Position numbers and translations under genes: made by a program. DNA of 64,000 nt from Octopus vulgaris (Eukaryota): positions 22,258,001-22,322,000 of the forward strand of contig OX597832.1 in NCBI GenBank assembly GCA_951406725.2, given 5' to 3'. Shown in pieces: positions 24,649 to 40,139 of the stretch. Below the pieces are notes generated by a model, which was not told the origin of the DNA, searched no databases, and saw only the letters and a program-made list of their open reading frames with translations. Each line of letters opens with the position of its first letter. Position 1 is the stretch's first letter.

Positions 24649-25112
24649 TTCCACCCCTCTCTCTCAATATGTGTTTGTGTCTGTTTGTAACGATTGCACT
24701 CGAAGTAGATAAAGCTATAAATTACAGCATATAAAAATTGGTTTAAATAAAGTCATTTGGGCAGAAAATGCGGAGGGCAGCGTTCGGGTTTTTTAATGCA
24801 AATTTTCAACTGTTAAAAAAATAAATAATTTCGCGTTCTCTCGAATTTTCTAAACAATACACACACATATCTACATCTATCTAGCTATCTGTCTGTCTGT
24901 CTATGTATCTGTCTATCTGTGTGTGTGTTTTGTATGTATGTGTGTGTGTGTAACTGATAAATGTCTTTTCCTCTGTAAATATATCTACTATTGACATTTA
25001 TGACAATAATAATTTCCTCCACTGTATTATTCTTAAAATATGGATATAGGCGCAGGAGTGGCTGTATGGTAAGTAGCTTGCTTACCAACCACATGGTTCC
25101 GGGATATATACA

Positions 25113-25943
<831 letters not shown>

Positions 25944-26751
25944 TATATATATACACACACACATACACCTGCTTACTCAAATAAAGTAGAAAACGAGCAG
26001 AACTTACATTAAGCACTCCCGCAAGAAATCGGCAATCAGTGTACATTGTAATTAAATTATAACGTACTTTAACTTGTCCATGCAACTGAAACTGATTGCG
26101 AAACAGCTGTAATCATATAGAAATCATGCGTAAATAATAATCTGTTTTCATATCTCATAGCTCCTGTTTTATGACTATGTGCATACATACATAGTTTGTG
26201 TGTGTATGTGTGTGTGTGTGAGAGAGAGAGAGAGTTTTGCTTGTCATCTCTTCTCTACCGCTTGACAATCAACCGGTTTTGGTTTGTTTACGTCCTAGTC
26301 ACCAAGCAGTTTCGAGGAAAATGAGACTGATAGAATAAGTGTCACACTAATGAATAAATAAATAAAATGGTTCAAATGCTGGGGTTCATTTGTTCAATTA
26401 AAAATTCTTCAAGGCGGTGCCCCAGCATGACCTCAGTCATATTACTGAAACAAGTATAATTCCGATGCAGATTTTCCGGAGACAGAGATAGATGTAAGTT
26501 ATTGTATTATTCCGTGTGTGTTACTAACATTTCCGAACTGATATAAAAGTTTGTTTATTTCACAGAACTGCATCGCGTGTCAAGAATATAATTTGTTTGA
26601 GCTTTGCAGTATCGCGTGTAGTCAGTATATATAGATTCTACTGATAATCTATAAGGAAACAACGACTTCCAAAAATCATCACACGGTTATTTCCCCTGGT
26701 TTCCGGAGCTGACGATATTAATAGTTTTTACTGATATACTGTGAGGACCAT

Positions 26752-27090
26752 GTGAAGGCGCATGGCTCAGTGGTTAGAGCGTCGAGCTTACGATCGTGAG
26801 GTTGTGAGCTCGAATCCCGGACCGGGCTGCGTGTTGTGTTCTTGAGCAAGACACTTTATTTCACGTTGCTCCAGTTCACTCAGCTGTAGAAATGAGTTGC
26901 GACGTCACGGGTGCCAAGCTGTATCGGCCCCTTTGCCTTTACCTTGGATAAGATCAGTGGCGTGGAGAGGGGAGGCCGGTATGCATGGGCGACTGCTGGT
27001 CTTCCATAAAACCACCTTGCCTAGACTTGTGACTAGGAGGGTAACTTTCTAGGTGCAATCCCATGGTCAGTGTCGTGACCGAAGGGGGTC
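26752..27090 (+). mobile_element. Family C SINE with a different 3' tail
   Basis: Same head and central domain as 11791; diverges after AAATGAGT. Confidence 0.8.
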
Positions 27091-27109
27091 CCAGATCCCA
27101 GACTATAAG

Positions 27110-27670
27110 GACCTTATGTCAGGTCACTTTCGAGTGCTACTGGTAACATGTAACCCTGTCCAACCTGTTGCATGGTCGGGCCGTCGGTGACTAAACCGGC
27201 AACCCCACCAAGCTTGCTTGGTGAGGAGAGTGTTTATTGGACACCCTGCGGGATGAAAAACGAAACCCGTCAAAGGGTGGAGGAACTCTTGAGAGTCAAC
27301 GGCCATCCAATAAATGTCTTAAGGATGCATCATGCGCAGAGACATAGAAATAATCTGACTGAATACCCGATCGCGCGGTTAAACTATTTGGAGTGAAGGA
27401 CTCCTAGCCTTTGTTAGGGCATCCTTCTAGGAGAAGGTAACTCAGGTAACTGGGATAATTCCGACATAAAACCTGCGGCTCAGTGGTTACCGATGATGTT
27501 GACTTGTTCTTCTTTTCGGATTATGGCTGTTGTTGCTTAGTGAGTGGGATTGACTCAGTGCACAGCCTTTCCTCACATGAAAAGAAATCTTCTTGCACAG
27601 GCATTGCACGATAAGAACATTGACTAAGCTTCGTGTAATGGCCATACTCGATAACGAGGAGGCAGCCACC
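27110..27670 (+). mobile_element. Possible RTE-type LINE 5' UTR fragment
   Basis: GC-richer structured block with RTE 5'UTR-like motifs; no ORF; resemblance only. Confidence 0.4.
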
Positions 27671-28482
27671 ATAAGGAAGCAATTAATTCCAGAATCCTTT
27701 CACGGTTGTTTCCCTTGGTATCTGGTGCTGATGTTAACTAAAAAGCATGAAATACCTTAATCGGTCTACAAAACGCGCTCTGAAAAAATTACTGCTGGTG
27801 TTTCAATAACTTGTTGCCTAAAGCGACAATTTTCTCAACGGCAAACCGCAGTGAAAACGGCCTTTTTAAGGATGAAATATATCCCAACGATATTTGAAAT
27901 GAGCTAAAAGCTTGTTTATTCCACAAAACTGCTTCGCGTGCCAAATATAATTAATAGATTTATTTTTAGATTCTGGAAAAATGAAACCTAAAGTCGAATT
28001 ACATTATTATATTAATTTACAACGTCGGTGAATATTATTAAATGCTACAAGTCTTTTAATTCATGTTTGCCCAATTTTGCCAACTTTTTCTCTTCTTTCA
28101 ATACGTTTGAGCGGTGTTTTTTTCACACTTTTTTCTGTATACTAAAGATCTTTTTATTCTGTTATTTTTAAATTTGTTTAATTTTTTATCTAATTATTTA
28201 TTATTTTATTTTTATTCTGTGCTTTTTAAAAAAAAATTGTTTCAGTCATTGGACTACTGCCATGCTGGAGCATCGCTTTGAAGTGTTTAGTCACCCTGAT
28301 CGACACCAGTACTTATTTTAAAGTCTAACGCGTATTTTTTTTATCTGTTTTGCCGAACCGCTGGTTTACGAGGATGTAAACAAACTAACATCGGTTGTCA
28401 AGCAGCGAGAGAGGGGACAAACACAAAGAAACGCACGCACATACGTAGGCACACTTATACATGAACACACAACACACATACA

Positions 28483-28537
<55 letters not shown>

Positions 28538-28869
28538 ATCTATCTATTAAATCTATCTATTTATCTATCTATCTTTCTCTCTCTCTCTCTCTCTCTCCGT
28601 GTATACAACCCAAGTAGTTTTGCTTGTTTGTTTGCATCGTTGTCTCCATATCTGCTCACCTGGATTCTTTGTATAACCACTCTTTACCCCGCGGACTGAG
28701 ACCTCGGCAAAAAATTCAGAGCGGAACTTCAAACCATTTGATCACTACTGCTTTCTATATTTGGATCACATCTGTTGATTCTCTATATACACACGCACAC
28801 ATACATACATATATACACACATACACACACACATGATTTAAATGTGGAATTCGAAGTATATAAAGCTAT

Positions 28870-29275
28870 TACCAATGGTTTCAAATTTTGCCACAAGGGC
28901 AGCAATTTTGGGGGAGAGGTTAAGTCGATTACATCGACTCCAGTAAATATCTGGTACTTATTTTATCGACCCCGAAAGGATGAAAAGCAAATCCGAACTC
29001 GGCGGAATTTGAACTCAGAACGTACGGACAGACGAAATACCTATTTCTTTACTACCCACAAGGGGCTAAACACAGAGAAGAAAAACAAGGACAGACAAAC
29101 GGATTAAGTCGATTATATCGACCCCAGTGCGTAACTGGTACTTACTTAATCGACCCCGAAAGGATGAAAGGCAAAGTCGACCTTGGCGAAACTTGAACTC
29201 GGAACGTAACGGCAGACGAAATACCGCTAAGCATTTCGCCCGGCGTGCTAACGATTCTGCCAGCTCACCGCCTTA
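28870..29275 (-). mobile_element. Family A SINE tandem
   Basis: Same unit and junction as 176-560. Confidence 0.85.
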
Positions 29276-29947
29276 TATAAAACTACAAATAATAACGAAT
29301 ACCTATTGTGTTAAATATAGCCCCTTGCATAAAAAGGTTGAATGTGACCCGTGAGACGGCTTCCACAGATATTCCGTCAACCGAACTCATTCACAAGGCT
29401 TGTTTGGGCCCGGGCTGTATTAAGAAGGCACTTGGCCAAGATGGCGTGTAAGGGGGCCAAAACCGAAACTTCTTAGTTATAAACCAAGTTTCTCAACCAC
29501 ACACTCTTGACTCAACCGAAACCTTTAGCCAAAGAACGAACTCTGCAGGAATGAAAATGGTAATGCTATGCGATAGAAATTTTGTACGAGGGGAATAAAA
29601 AAACGAAATGTTAAAAGTGATATTACCTGGAGGGAATATCCGATGAAATGCGCGTAAAATTTACTTAGATATTTGCCTGAGGGATTTTAAACAGCAAATG
29701 GTTTAAATGCTGTTTTAATAACTGAGAATTAGAATGGTAAATATTGTTTATCTCTCCTGTTCAGGCTTTTTTTTACTAATGAATATGAATATTGTCTGTG
29801 TGTTGCATTTGTAGATAAATTTAGCATAGCTTTAGATAAGTTTCATAAAATGTAATACTTGTTTTGATATGTTAGGAAAAATTGGCTTGTGCATATATTG
29901 ACACACTTAACAATACACACACACACACACACACACACGTGTATATA

Positions 29948-30158
29948 CTCTTTTACTCTTTTAGTCTTTTACTTGTTTCAGTCATTTGACTGCGGCCATG
30001 CTGGAGCACCGCCTTTAGTCGAGCAAATCGACCCCGGGACTTATTCTTTGTAAGCCCAGTACTTATTCTATCGGTATCTTTTGCCGAACCGCTAAGTGAC
30101 GGGGACGTAAACACACCAGTATCGGTTGTCAAGCAATGCTAGGGGGACAAACACAAAC

Positions 30159-30239
<81 letters not shown>

Positions 30240-30402
30240 TACGACAGGCTTCTGTCAGTTTCCGTCAACCAAATCCACTCACAAGGCATTGGTCGGCCCG
30301 GGGCTATAGCAGAAGGCACTTGCCCAAGATGCCACGCAGTGGACTGAACCCGGAACCATGTGGTTGGTTAGCAAGCTACTTACCACTCAGTTACTCCTGC
30401 GC

Positions 30403-30405
<3 letters not shown>
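29948..30405 (-). mobile_element. Family B SINE, full length
   Basis: Reverse complement of family B. Confidence 0.88.
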
Positions 30406-30486
<81 letters not shown>

Positions 30487-30626
30487 GTAATGTACATACA
30501 TCCCATTCATACATACATACACACACCATTCTCACATACACACGCGCGCACGAGAAATTCGTTTGGCAGGGTCACCATAATTATCTCCCTTTCATTCAAC
30601 CTCTTTAATCTGGCTATTTCACCACA

Positions 30627-31023
30627 TTGAACCACTTTGATCCCGTTTCTTTTTCTATTTTATTTCCATTCTCTCACCTCTTTTTTTACCTCTTAATCCT
30701 TTCTTTCGAAGAGTGGAAGCTCGAAACGTCAAAGACTTTCCAAATTCTTCCCGAGTGTTGGACTAATACACCTGCATGTTGTTTCCTACACCACCTGTCT
30801 TCTGTAAATTTGAACTACATATATATATGGCCATGATAGATCGTTAGCTCTTACACGCTTTTTTCTCTCTCCTTGTTTTTTTTTCTGTGTATCTTTGTCG
30901 AAGAGCGTATGCTCGAAACGTAAAAGACTTTTTCTATTTTTATTCCTGAGCGCTATACTAATACATTTGTTTGTTTGTACTCCACCTGCCTTCGTCTTTT
31001 GTTTATTTTCGTAAACTTTCCCG

Positions 31024-31025
<2 letters not shown>
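30627..31025 (+). mobile_element. Two tandem hammerhead-variant elements (motifs 30699-30734 and 30893-30926)
   Basis: Two related units separated by a short TA run, each with GAAGAG..GCTCGAAACGT.AAAG. Confidence 0.7.
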
Positions 31026-31060
<35 letters not shown>

Positions 31061-31062
<2 letters not shown>

Positions 31063-31410
31063 AAAAAATACAAACTGGGACAGAAACACAAAACATTTAG
31101 AAGACGATACAAAAAACACGGACGAGACATTCGAAGCCTTCAATCTTCAGTCAAGAACCAGATCATCCTCGCAATTTCGGCTGATTAATCTTGAGATCGC
31201 TCCGATCCGGCCAGCCCCAAGGAAAAACTAAGCTACGAGCATTAGATTTCTTAGAAAAAGGATCGAATGTATACGAAACAGGGACAGAAAAACGGACGAT
31301 GCCACACGAATATAAATACAAAAAGCAATAATAGTAATAACAGGACAAAAACAGTGGGTGTCTTACGACTATAGACAGTACAACTTAGTTTTGCTGGCGT
31401 ATTTGGAAAA
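31061..31410 (-). mobile_element. (TA)n-associated element with swapped-order hammerhead core motif
   Basis: Reverse complement GGCTG..CAGCC-GAAA-24 nt-CTGAAGA. Confidence 0.5.
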
Positions 31411-31870
31411 AAAATGCCTTTTTCGGCAGACATATATATATACATACATACGCGCACACACACACGCACGCACGTATATATACATTCTTTTGTTCTTTTA
31501 CGCGTTTCAGCCCAGAGGCTGTGACCATGATACAGCACTACCATTGTTATCACTATTTCAACTGCCATTCTTTTGTGATTGGCTTCTGGTGAAGGAGGGA
31601 GTTCGAAGAGAAGATTGCATTGTTTATACCTTTTATTCTTTTGAATAAGTATCAGTGGAATTTTTGAAACATATGTAGAAAGTAAAAATACTTGTTTAAA
31701 CCTGCGTTAACTCCATTTTTTATTCATATTATTCAAATATTCAACGTAAATACGAAGTTTCAACCTTTATAAACAAGGAGTTACAACATCTTTACTTGTG
31801 AGACTTTTGCTGCGCTGGTAACTATTCATTTATTTATCCGTGTTAATTGTTAACAAGGTAAAATACACTC

Positions 31871-31954
<84 letters not shown>

Positions 31955-32439
31955 TGATGCGACTCTACCCTGTACTGTTCTCTCTCTCCCCCTTTCGTTT
32001 TCTCCCTCTTCCTTTCTCTAATTCTTTTTCTCCCCTTCACCGTTTTCAATCTGTCTCTCTCCATCACTCTCCCTCTTCCTCCTTTACTCTCTCTCTCTCG
32101 TTGCTCACACGGGACCATTGTCCATTTTTCTTTTCCTCACGTGATCATCTTTCTTTTTCGTCAATCTGTCGCATAGATCAGACGTATTCTTATATGTCTT
32201 CTCTTCCATTGTGGTTTGAAGCGAACTAAATGTATTTCGGTTCAGCCAGCATTATATTTGGCAGGAGACTATAGTCTTTGAATGCGAAGAATGTGAGAGG
32301 AACTATATGCAAATTGATACGGCTCTGAAAACGGTTATCAAGTTGGCTCTATAATGACTCTAGGTTTGAATTTCGAATCACGTATACTAAATCCTGAATT
32401 AGATCAGATTCTATTTCAGTTGGCAGCTTTAAGTGAATT

Positions 32440-32670
32440 ACAAACTAATGAGATTCAGAGCTATATGTGTACAACTACGAGTCGCTTAATCAAATATAAT
32501 TTAAATATATGAGATTACAAGTTCAGGTTTATACCTGTAATTATACCGATCTTGAGAAATCAGGCTTCTCAAAAGCAGAAACGAGAAAGGCGATTCGAAG
32601 GCTACAGATCCAAATCATCGCTGGAACTGTAAAAATTTGTAAGACTTTCCAGAAGTTTATCATTTAAGTA
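32440..32670 (+). pseudogene. RLE-type LINE C-terminal remnant
   Basis: YKFRFIPVII/DLEKSGFSKAETRKAIRRLQIQIIAGTVKICKTFQKFII*. Confidence 0.65.
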
Positions 32671-32916
32671 CATATGCGGATGTTTTGACGTGCAAACTAT
32701 ATGCATGAGAATAGATGCATAAAACAAAACGTTTAAATCTGCACTGACTCCAGATACTGCAGATATGCACATATTCATGCAAAAATACCTTGTTAATATT
32801 GCTGAAATTCCGTTGAAGAAGGATTGGATCTAGGTTCGAAACCGGCTTCTGCTCTATTGACAAGAAATCTTGAAATATAACTGAATAATGACATACATAC
32901 AAAGATACATACTTAT

Positions 32917-33451
32917 ATATTTCTTTACTACCCACAAAGGGCGAAACACAGAGGGGACAAACAAGGACAGACAAAGGGATCAAGTCGATTACATCGACCC
33001 CAGTGCGTAACTGGTACTTAATTTATCGACCCCGGAAGGATGAAAAGCAAAGTCGACCCCGGAGGAATTTGAACTCAGAACGTAGCAGCAGACGAGATAC
33101 CTATTTCTTTACTACCCACAAGGGGCTAAACACAGAGGAGACAAACAAGGACAGACAAACGGATCAAGTCGATTATATCGACCCTAGTGCGTAACTGGTA
33201 CTTATTTAATCGACACCGAAAAGCTATTACCAAATGGTTTCAAATTTTGCCACAAGGGCAGCAATTTTGGGGGAGAGGTTAAGTCGATTATATCGACTCC
33301 AGTGCATATCTGGTACTTAATTTATCGACCCCGGAAGGATGAAAGTGCAAAGTCGACCTCGGCGGAATTTGAACTCGGAACGTAACCACAGACGAAATAC
33401 GGATACGCATTTCGCTCGGCGTGCTAACGTTTCTGCCAGCACGCCGCCTTA
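32917..33451 (-). mobile_element. Family A SINE multimer
   Basis: Three to four partial units. Confidence 0.85.
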
Positions 33452-33834
33452 TACATACTTATAGTGAACCCACACCAAAGCATAGAGAGTTTGTAACCCA
33501 TATTATTGGCTCCGAGAAACATAAAAAAATGTATAAAACCGTCTCTTTACGATGAAACATCGGCGAAGATCGGCAGAAGATTCTGAAATTCTTATCTTTT
33601 TCAAGAATCTCTTGGAACATTAATGTTGCAACAATGAAGACATTGTTTACGTTTGTAGAAATAGTGGAAGCGTTTATAATAAACACTCTATGCTAAACTT
33701 CATGCAGAACAATAGTTGTTCAGTGCATAAAAATGCATATAGTTAAGTACAGGCTACCATACATAATGTAGTTAACAACAACAACAACAATAATAATAAC
33801 AATGATGATGATGATGATGATGAGGAGGAGGAGG

Positions 33835-33887
<53 letters not shown>

Positions 33888-34174
33888 TTTTTTTCGTTAC
33901 TACTCACAAGGGGCTAAACACAGAGGGGACAAACAAGGACAGACAAACGGATTACATCGACTCCAGTGCGTAACTGGTACTTAATTCATCGACCCCGAAA
34001 GGATGAAAGGCAAATAATAATAATGGTGATGATGATGATTTCATTTATTTGCCACAAAGGTGAAGGATGAGGGTGACAATACAGAGACAGACATAAAGTG
34101 TGCGGGTTTACCTATAATGAAATAAGTAAGAAAAAGGGAAAGAAAGTATAGATGTGTATGTATATATATTTATA

Positions 34175-34273
<99 letters not shown>

Positions 34274-34289
34274 ATACGTTTATATATTT

Positions 34290-34740
34290 GTTGTGCAAGA
34301 TTTTTTATGTGAAGTCGTGTGTTGAAACAGATATTGTTATATTTCGGAATGGTCATATTGCCAGTTTAGCCAATAAAAACACACGCACTATATATTTGGT
34401 GTTATTTTGCTTCAGTGTTATTTATTTTTTACATTAATCTTAATCTTATTTCGGCCAGAGTTCTTTCGCCACACTCCTGTGACCGCATGAACAAAATAAG
34501 AATAAACAAAAGCAACAACAAAAACAAATTACATGAACGTATATAAACAGAAGATACAAATATTACAGGTATCCCCCCACACACACACTAAATAAACATA
34601 GACGCACATAGAGATATAAGCATGCGCAAATGAAGACATACAATAGAAATACAAAATGGCTGACGGTTAGTAAGGAGAGACACAAACAAGAAAGAAGAAA
34701 ACTAAGGACCACTGATGCGGTCACAGGAGTGTGACGAAAG
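34290..34740. mobile_element. Penelope-like fragment with inverted duplication of hammerhead halves
   Basis: ATGCGGTCACAGGAGTGTG(G/A)CGAAAG on minus (34453-34488) and plus (34706-34740). Confidence 0.65.
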
Positions 34741-34840
34741 GTCATGTGCTGTTTATCTTGATATGAGATCACCATGTCGTGCACATATGGTTGTGATGCA
34801 TAATTTGTCTATATTCTAGCTTCCACCCTACATCTTTTCT

Positions 34841-35034
34841 GTGCGTATATAGATGTGTGTATGCAATTTTTTGTGCGTGCGTGTGGATGTGAGCGTGCGT
34901 GCGGGTATGAGCGTATATAGACGTGTGTGTGTGTGTGCGTGCATGCGAGTATGTGCGTATATAGATGTGTGTATGGATTTTTTTGTGCGTGCGTGTGGAT
35001 GTGAGCGTGCGTGCGGGTATGAGCGTATATAGAC

Positions 35035-35065
<31 letters not shown>

Positions 35066-35440
35066 CATGCGAGTATGTGCGTATATAGACGTGTTTTACT
35101 CTTGTTGCTTATTTTTTACACATTTCTCTGTACTTTGCCTTTAGCCTTGTTTTTTCTTGTGCACGTGCGTATATAGACGTATGTATGAACCATTTTGTGC
35201 GCGCGTGTGTGTGCATATATAGACGTGTGCGGGTATGTGCGTATATTAGACGTGTGTGTGCGTGTATGCAAGTATGTGCGTATATAGACGTGTTTTATTC
35301 TTATTGCTTATTTTTTACACTTTTTTACACACATTTTTCTGTATTTTGCCTTTAGCCTTATTTTTACTTGCGCATGTGTATATATAGACGTGTGTATGAA
35401 CCTTTTTTGTGCGTGTGTGTTTGCGAGCGTCTAGGCGTGT
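34841..35440. repeat. Compound minisatellite built on CGTATATAGACGTG
   Basis: About 112-bp tandem units plus derived blocks. Confidence 0.8.
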
Positions 35441-35820
35441 ATGTATATATTTTTATGGCGAATGTGTGGGCGAGCATATGTGTGTTTCAAGTGAGAGTGG
35501 ATGAATATATACATATAGGCACATGTACGTGGGTGTGCGGGCGCGCATGTGTATGTATGAACATGTGCGCTTACGCGAATACTATGAACATTTTTACCCC
35601 CTTACCTTTACTCCCTCCCCTTACTTAGCAGTCATTCTAATACCTCTTTTGTCTTAATAACGGTCAAGCACTCAGTAATTTCCCTTTGCTTTAACGGCCA
35701 TTTTCATAGCATTTTTTTCGATGGCCCGATAACTGAAGAAGTGCCGGCGTGGGTTTCCTCTCCAGCATCCGAAACTCAGAGTTTTATCATGACTACCAAA
35801 TTGTCACATATATTTAAAGA

Positions 35821-35915
<95 letters not shown>

Positions 35916-36090
35916 AAACAGCAGTTGGAAATATTTCACATGTGCGTTAACTACAGCCTTTAGCTCAAATAAGAGCGATTTAGCTCTTATTTCTAGCAAA
36001 GTAGGTGTTTCCTAACACGCTATTCATATTTACTGACAATTATAATACTCCTTTCGGCGAAACATTGCAAACTGCTGTTTTCATTAATTT

Positions 36091-36249
36091 GGAGTGGCTG
36101 TGTGGTAAGTAGCTTGCTAACCAACCACATGGTTCCGGGTTCAGTCTCACTGCGTGGCACCTTGGGCAAGTGTCTTCTGCTATGGCCTCGGGCCGACCAA
36201 TGCCTTGTGAGTGGATTTGGTAGACGGAAACTGAAAGAAGCCCGTCGTA

Positions 36250-36282
<33 letters not shown>

Positions 36283-36496
36283 GCGTGTGTGTGTTTGTGT
36301 GTCGGTGTTTGTCCCCCTAGCATTGCTTGACAACCGATGCTGGTGTGTTTACGTCCCCGTAACTTAGCGGTTCGGCAAAAAAGACCGATAGAATAAGTAC
36401 TGGGCTTACAAAGAATAAGTCCCGGGGTCGATTTGCTCGACTAAAGGCGGTGCTCCAGCATGGCCGCAGTGAAATGACTGAAACAAGTAAAAGAGT
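36091..36496 (+). mobile_element. Family B SINE
   Basis: Near-consensus copy. Confidence 0.88.
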
Positions 36497-36582
36497 ATAT
36501 ATATATACACAAACAGACGGATAGATAGACAGACAGAAAGACAGACAGATAGATAGATAGGTAAGTAGATATGTAGGTAGAT

Positions 36583-36652
<70 letters not shown>

Positions 36653-36966
36653 ACAGACAGATACCTATCCGTGCTAGAGAGATAGATACAAGGGTATGAA
36701 CTGAGGCCAATTTCGCTGTTATTTCCAGCATATCATATGAAAAAGGGACGCACCCTATTTTGTCTGATTTTCGTTTAATCTTCGTTATCTTAACTTGTAG
36801 GTGACATAGTTTTTTTTGCAATGAATCCGTACAATGGTTTTTATTTTAGTTTCCAGTTTATTTTCGAATGCCGGGTTTTCCCATCGCTTCTATTGAAAAT
36901 CATACTTGCATTAGTCATACTGACATTAAGGATATGTGTATATCTTCGTATGTTTGTGCGTGTGTG

Positions 36967-37001
<35 letters not shown>

Positions 37002-37140
37002 CGTATGTATGTATGTATGTGTATATATATGTGAAAGTATATATTATATATGTATATATATATATATCATATAATATAATATAATATATGCATATACATA
37101 TATATACACACGTATATATGTATATATATATGTGTGTGTG

Positions 37141-37420
37141 TGAAGGCGCGTGGCTTAGTGGTTAGGTTATTCGGATCACTATCGTAAGGTCGTGAGTTCA
37201 ATTCCCGGTGACGCGTTGCTCCAGTCCACTCAGGTCGCAAAAATTAGTTGTACCTGTAATTCATGAGGGCCAGCCTTGTCACGCTGAATCTCTCCTGAGA
37301 ACTACGTTAAGGGCACACAGATCTGTGGAGTGCTCAGCCATACGCACTTTAATCTCACAAGCAGGCTGTTTTGTTGCTTGGATCAACTGGAACCCTCGTC
37401 GTCGCAACCGACGTAGTGCC
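37141..37420 (+). mobile_element. Family C SINE, internally deleted
   Basis: Head and tail match 11791-12115. Confidence 0.8.
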
Positions 37421-37454
37421 ACATTCATATATATATATATATATATATTCATTT

Positions 37455-37787
37455 ATTTGTTTCAGTCATTTGACTGCGGCCATGCTGGAGCACCGCCTTT
37501 TAGTCGATCAAATCGACACCAGGATTGTATGCCTAGTACTTATTCTATTAGTCTCTTGCCTCTAATTACGGGAGCGTAAACACACCAGCATCGGTTTTCA
37601 AGCGATGGTGGAGGGACAAACACAGACACACAAACATGTATATATATCTGTGTGTGTGTGCGTGTGTATACACACGACGGACTTCTGTTAGTTTCCGGCT
37701 AGTAAATCTACTCACAAGACTTTGGTCTGACCGGAGCTATTGTAGAAGACACTTGTATATATATATATATATATATACATATGTGCC

Positions 37788-37841
<54 letters not shown>

Positions 37842-38611
37842 CATATTTTCTCTTTTACTCTTAGACTGCGGCCATGCTGGAGCACCACCTTTAGTCGAGC
37901 AAATCGACCCGGGACTTATTCTTTTGCCGAACCGCTAAGTGACGGCGACGTAAACACACCAGCATCGGTTGTCAAGCAATACTAGGGGGACAAACACAGG
38001 CACACACACAAACACACATACACACATATATATATACATATATACAACAGGCTTCTTTCAGTTTCCGTCTACCAAATCCACTCACGAGGCATTGGTCTGC
38101 CCAGGGCTATAGCAGAAGACACTTGCCCCAGATGCCACACAGAGGGATATATGTGGTTGGTTAGCAAGCTACTATATACATAGCCACTCGTATATATATA
38201 TATATATATATATATACTCTTTACTATTACTCTTTTACTTGTTTCAGTCATTTAGACTGCGGTCATGCTGGAGCACCACCTTTAGTCGAGCAAATCGACC
38301 CCAGGACTTATTCTTTTGTAATCCCGAACCTTTTGCTGAACCGCTAAGTAACGGCGACGTAAACACACCAGCATCGGTTGTCAAGCAATACTAGGGGGAC
38401 AAACACAGGCACACACACACACACATACACACATATATATATACATATATACAACAGGCTTCTTTCAGTTTCCGTCTACCAAATCCACTCACGAGGCATT
38501 GGTCGGCCCAGGGCTATAGCAGAAGACACTTGCCCCAGATGCCACACAGAGGGACTGAACCCGGAACCATGTGGTTGGTTAGCAAGCTACTTACCACACA
38601 GCCACTCGTCG

Positions 38612-38613
<2 letters not shown>
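37455..38613 (-). mobile_element. Three family B SINE copies, the last two a local duplication
   Basis: 37853-38190 and 38228-38613 share private variants (GGCGACGTAAAC, CTCACGAGGC). Confidence 0.85.
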
Positions 38614-38703
<90 letters not shown>

Positions 38704-38948
38704 CTTGTACACATATGTATGTACTTGTAAGTATTATGGATATAGAGTGTGTAAGCGTATGTTGCTGCATGTGCGTGTGTGGTTTTTGTTCGTTTAAGTC
38801 AGTATTTCACCCTCTTTAATATTTAGGCCACAAGTAACGAAATAATTCTCCACTCCTTGTTTAGGTGGGGGAGTTATTTTCTTGGTCTCACACCGATACA
38901 TATACACACCTACCTATTCATATATGTTATATAAGCACACACACACAC

Positions 38949-39078
<130 letters not shown>

Positions 39079-39144
39079 AATAAATAAAATATATGCATTT
39101 ATACATACATATATGTACATACTTACATCTACATGTATATACAC

Positions 39145-39422
<278 letters not shown>

Positions 39423-39470
39423 TATATATATATAAACATATACATACACACACACACACACACATATATA

Positions 39471-39668
39471 CAGGGTGATTCAAAAATCACTCCAAGGCGT
39501 AGGAGTAGCTGTGTGGTAAGTAGCTTGCTTACCAATCACATGGTTCCAGGTTCAGTCCCACTGTGTGGCACCTTGGGCAAGTGTCTTCTACTATAGCCTC
39601 GGGCCCACCGAGGCCTTGTGAGTGGGTTTGGTAGACGGAAACTGAAAGAAGCCCGTCGTATATATGTA

Positions 39669-39707
<39 letters not shown>

Positions 39708-39987
39708 TTGTGTGTCTGTGTTTGTCCTCCCAACATCGCTTGACAACCGATGCTGGTGTGTTTACGTCCCCGTAACTAAGAGACTGATAGAATAAGCACT
39801 AGGCTTACAAAAAATTAGTCCTGGGGTCAATTTGCTCGACTAAAGGCGGTGCTCCAGCATGGCCACAATCAAATGACTGAAACAAGTAAAAGAGTATACA
39901 TAAGGAAAATTTATTTTTTATAAGAAACTGTTTCTTATTAAAAAAAAATAAATCGTTCTTATGTATGGCGACTTTTGAATCACCCTG
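39471..39987. mobile_element. Tc1/mariner MITE interrupted by a family B SINE (39495-39895)
   Basis: TIRs CAGGGTGATTCAAAA / TTTTGAATCACCCTG with TA flanks. Confidence 0.85.
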
Positions 39988-40085
39988 TATCTATAAACAC
40001 GCGAGCGCACACACACACAGACATACACACACGAACAGGGGATATTTGAGTAAAATCTGAAGAATTCTTGTGTCTCTTTTTGCAG

Positions 40086-40129
40086 GAAGAACTTGCTGCG
40101 TTGGCGAACAGTCAATTTCTTTATTAACC
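40086..40129 (+). other. Candidate 44-nt internal exon
   Basis: Acceptor TTCTTGTGTCTCTTTTTGCAG and donor GTGAGT; two of three frames open. Confidence 0.25.
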
Positions 40130-40139
40130 GTGAGTTTGA

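Noticed and set aside
26752-26825. tRNA genes at SINE heads (also 11791, 25345, 37141)
   Set aside because: They continue into repeated SINE bodies and lack a proper acceptor stem
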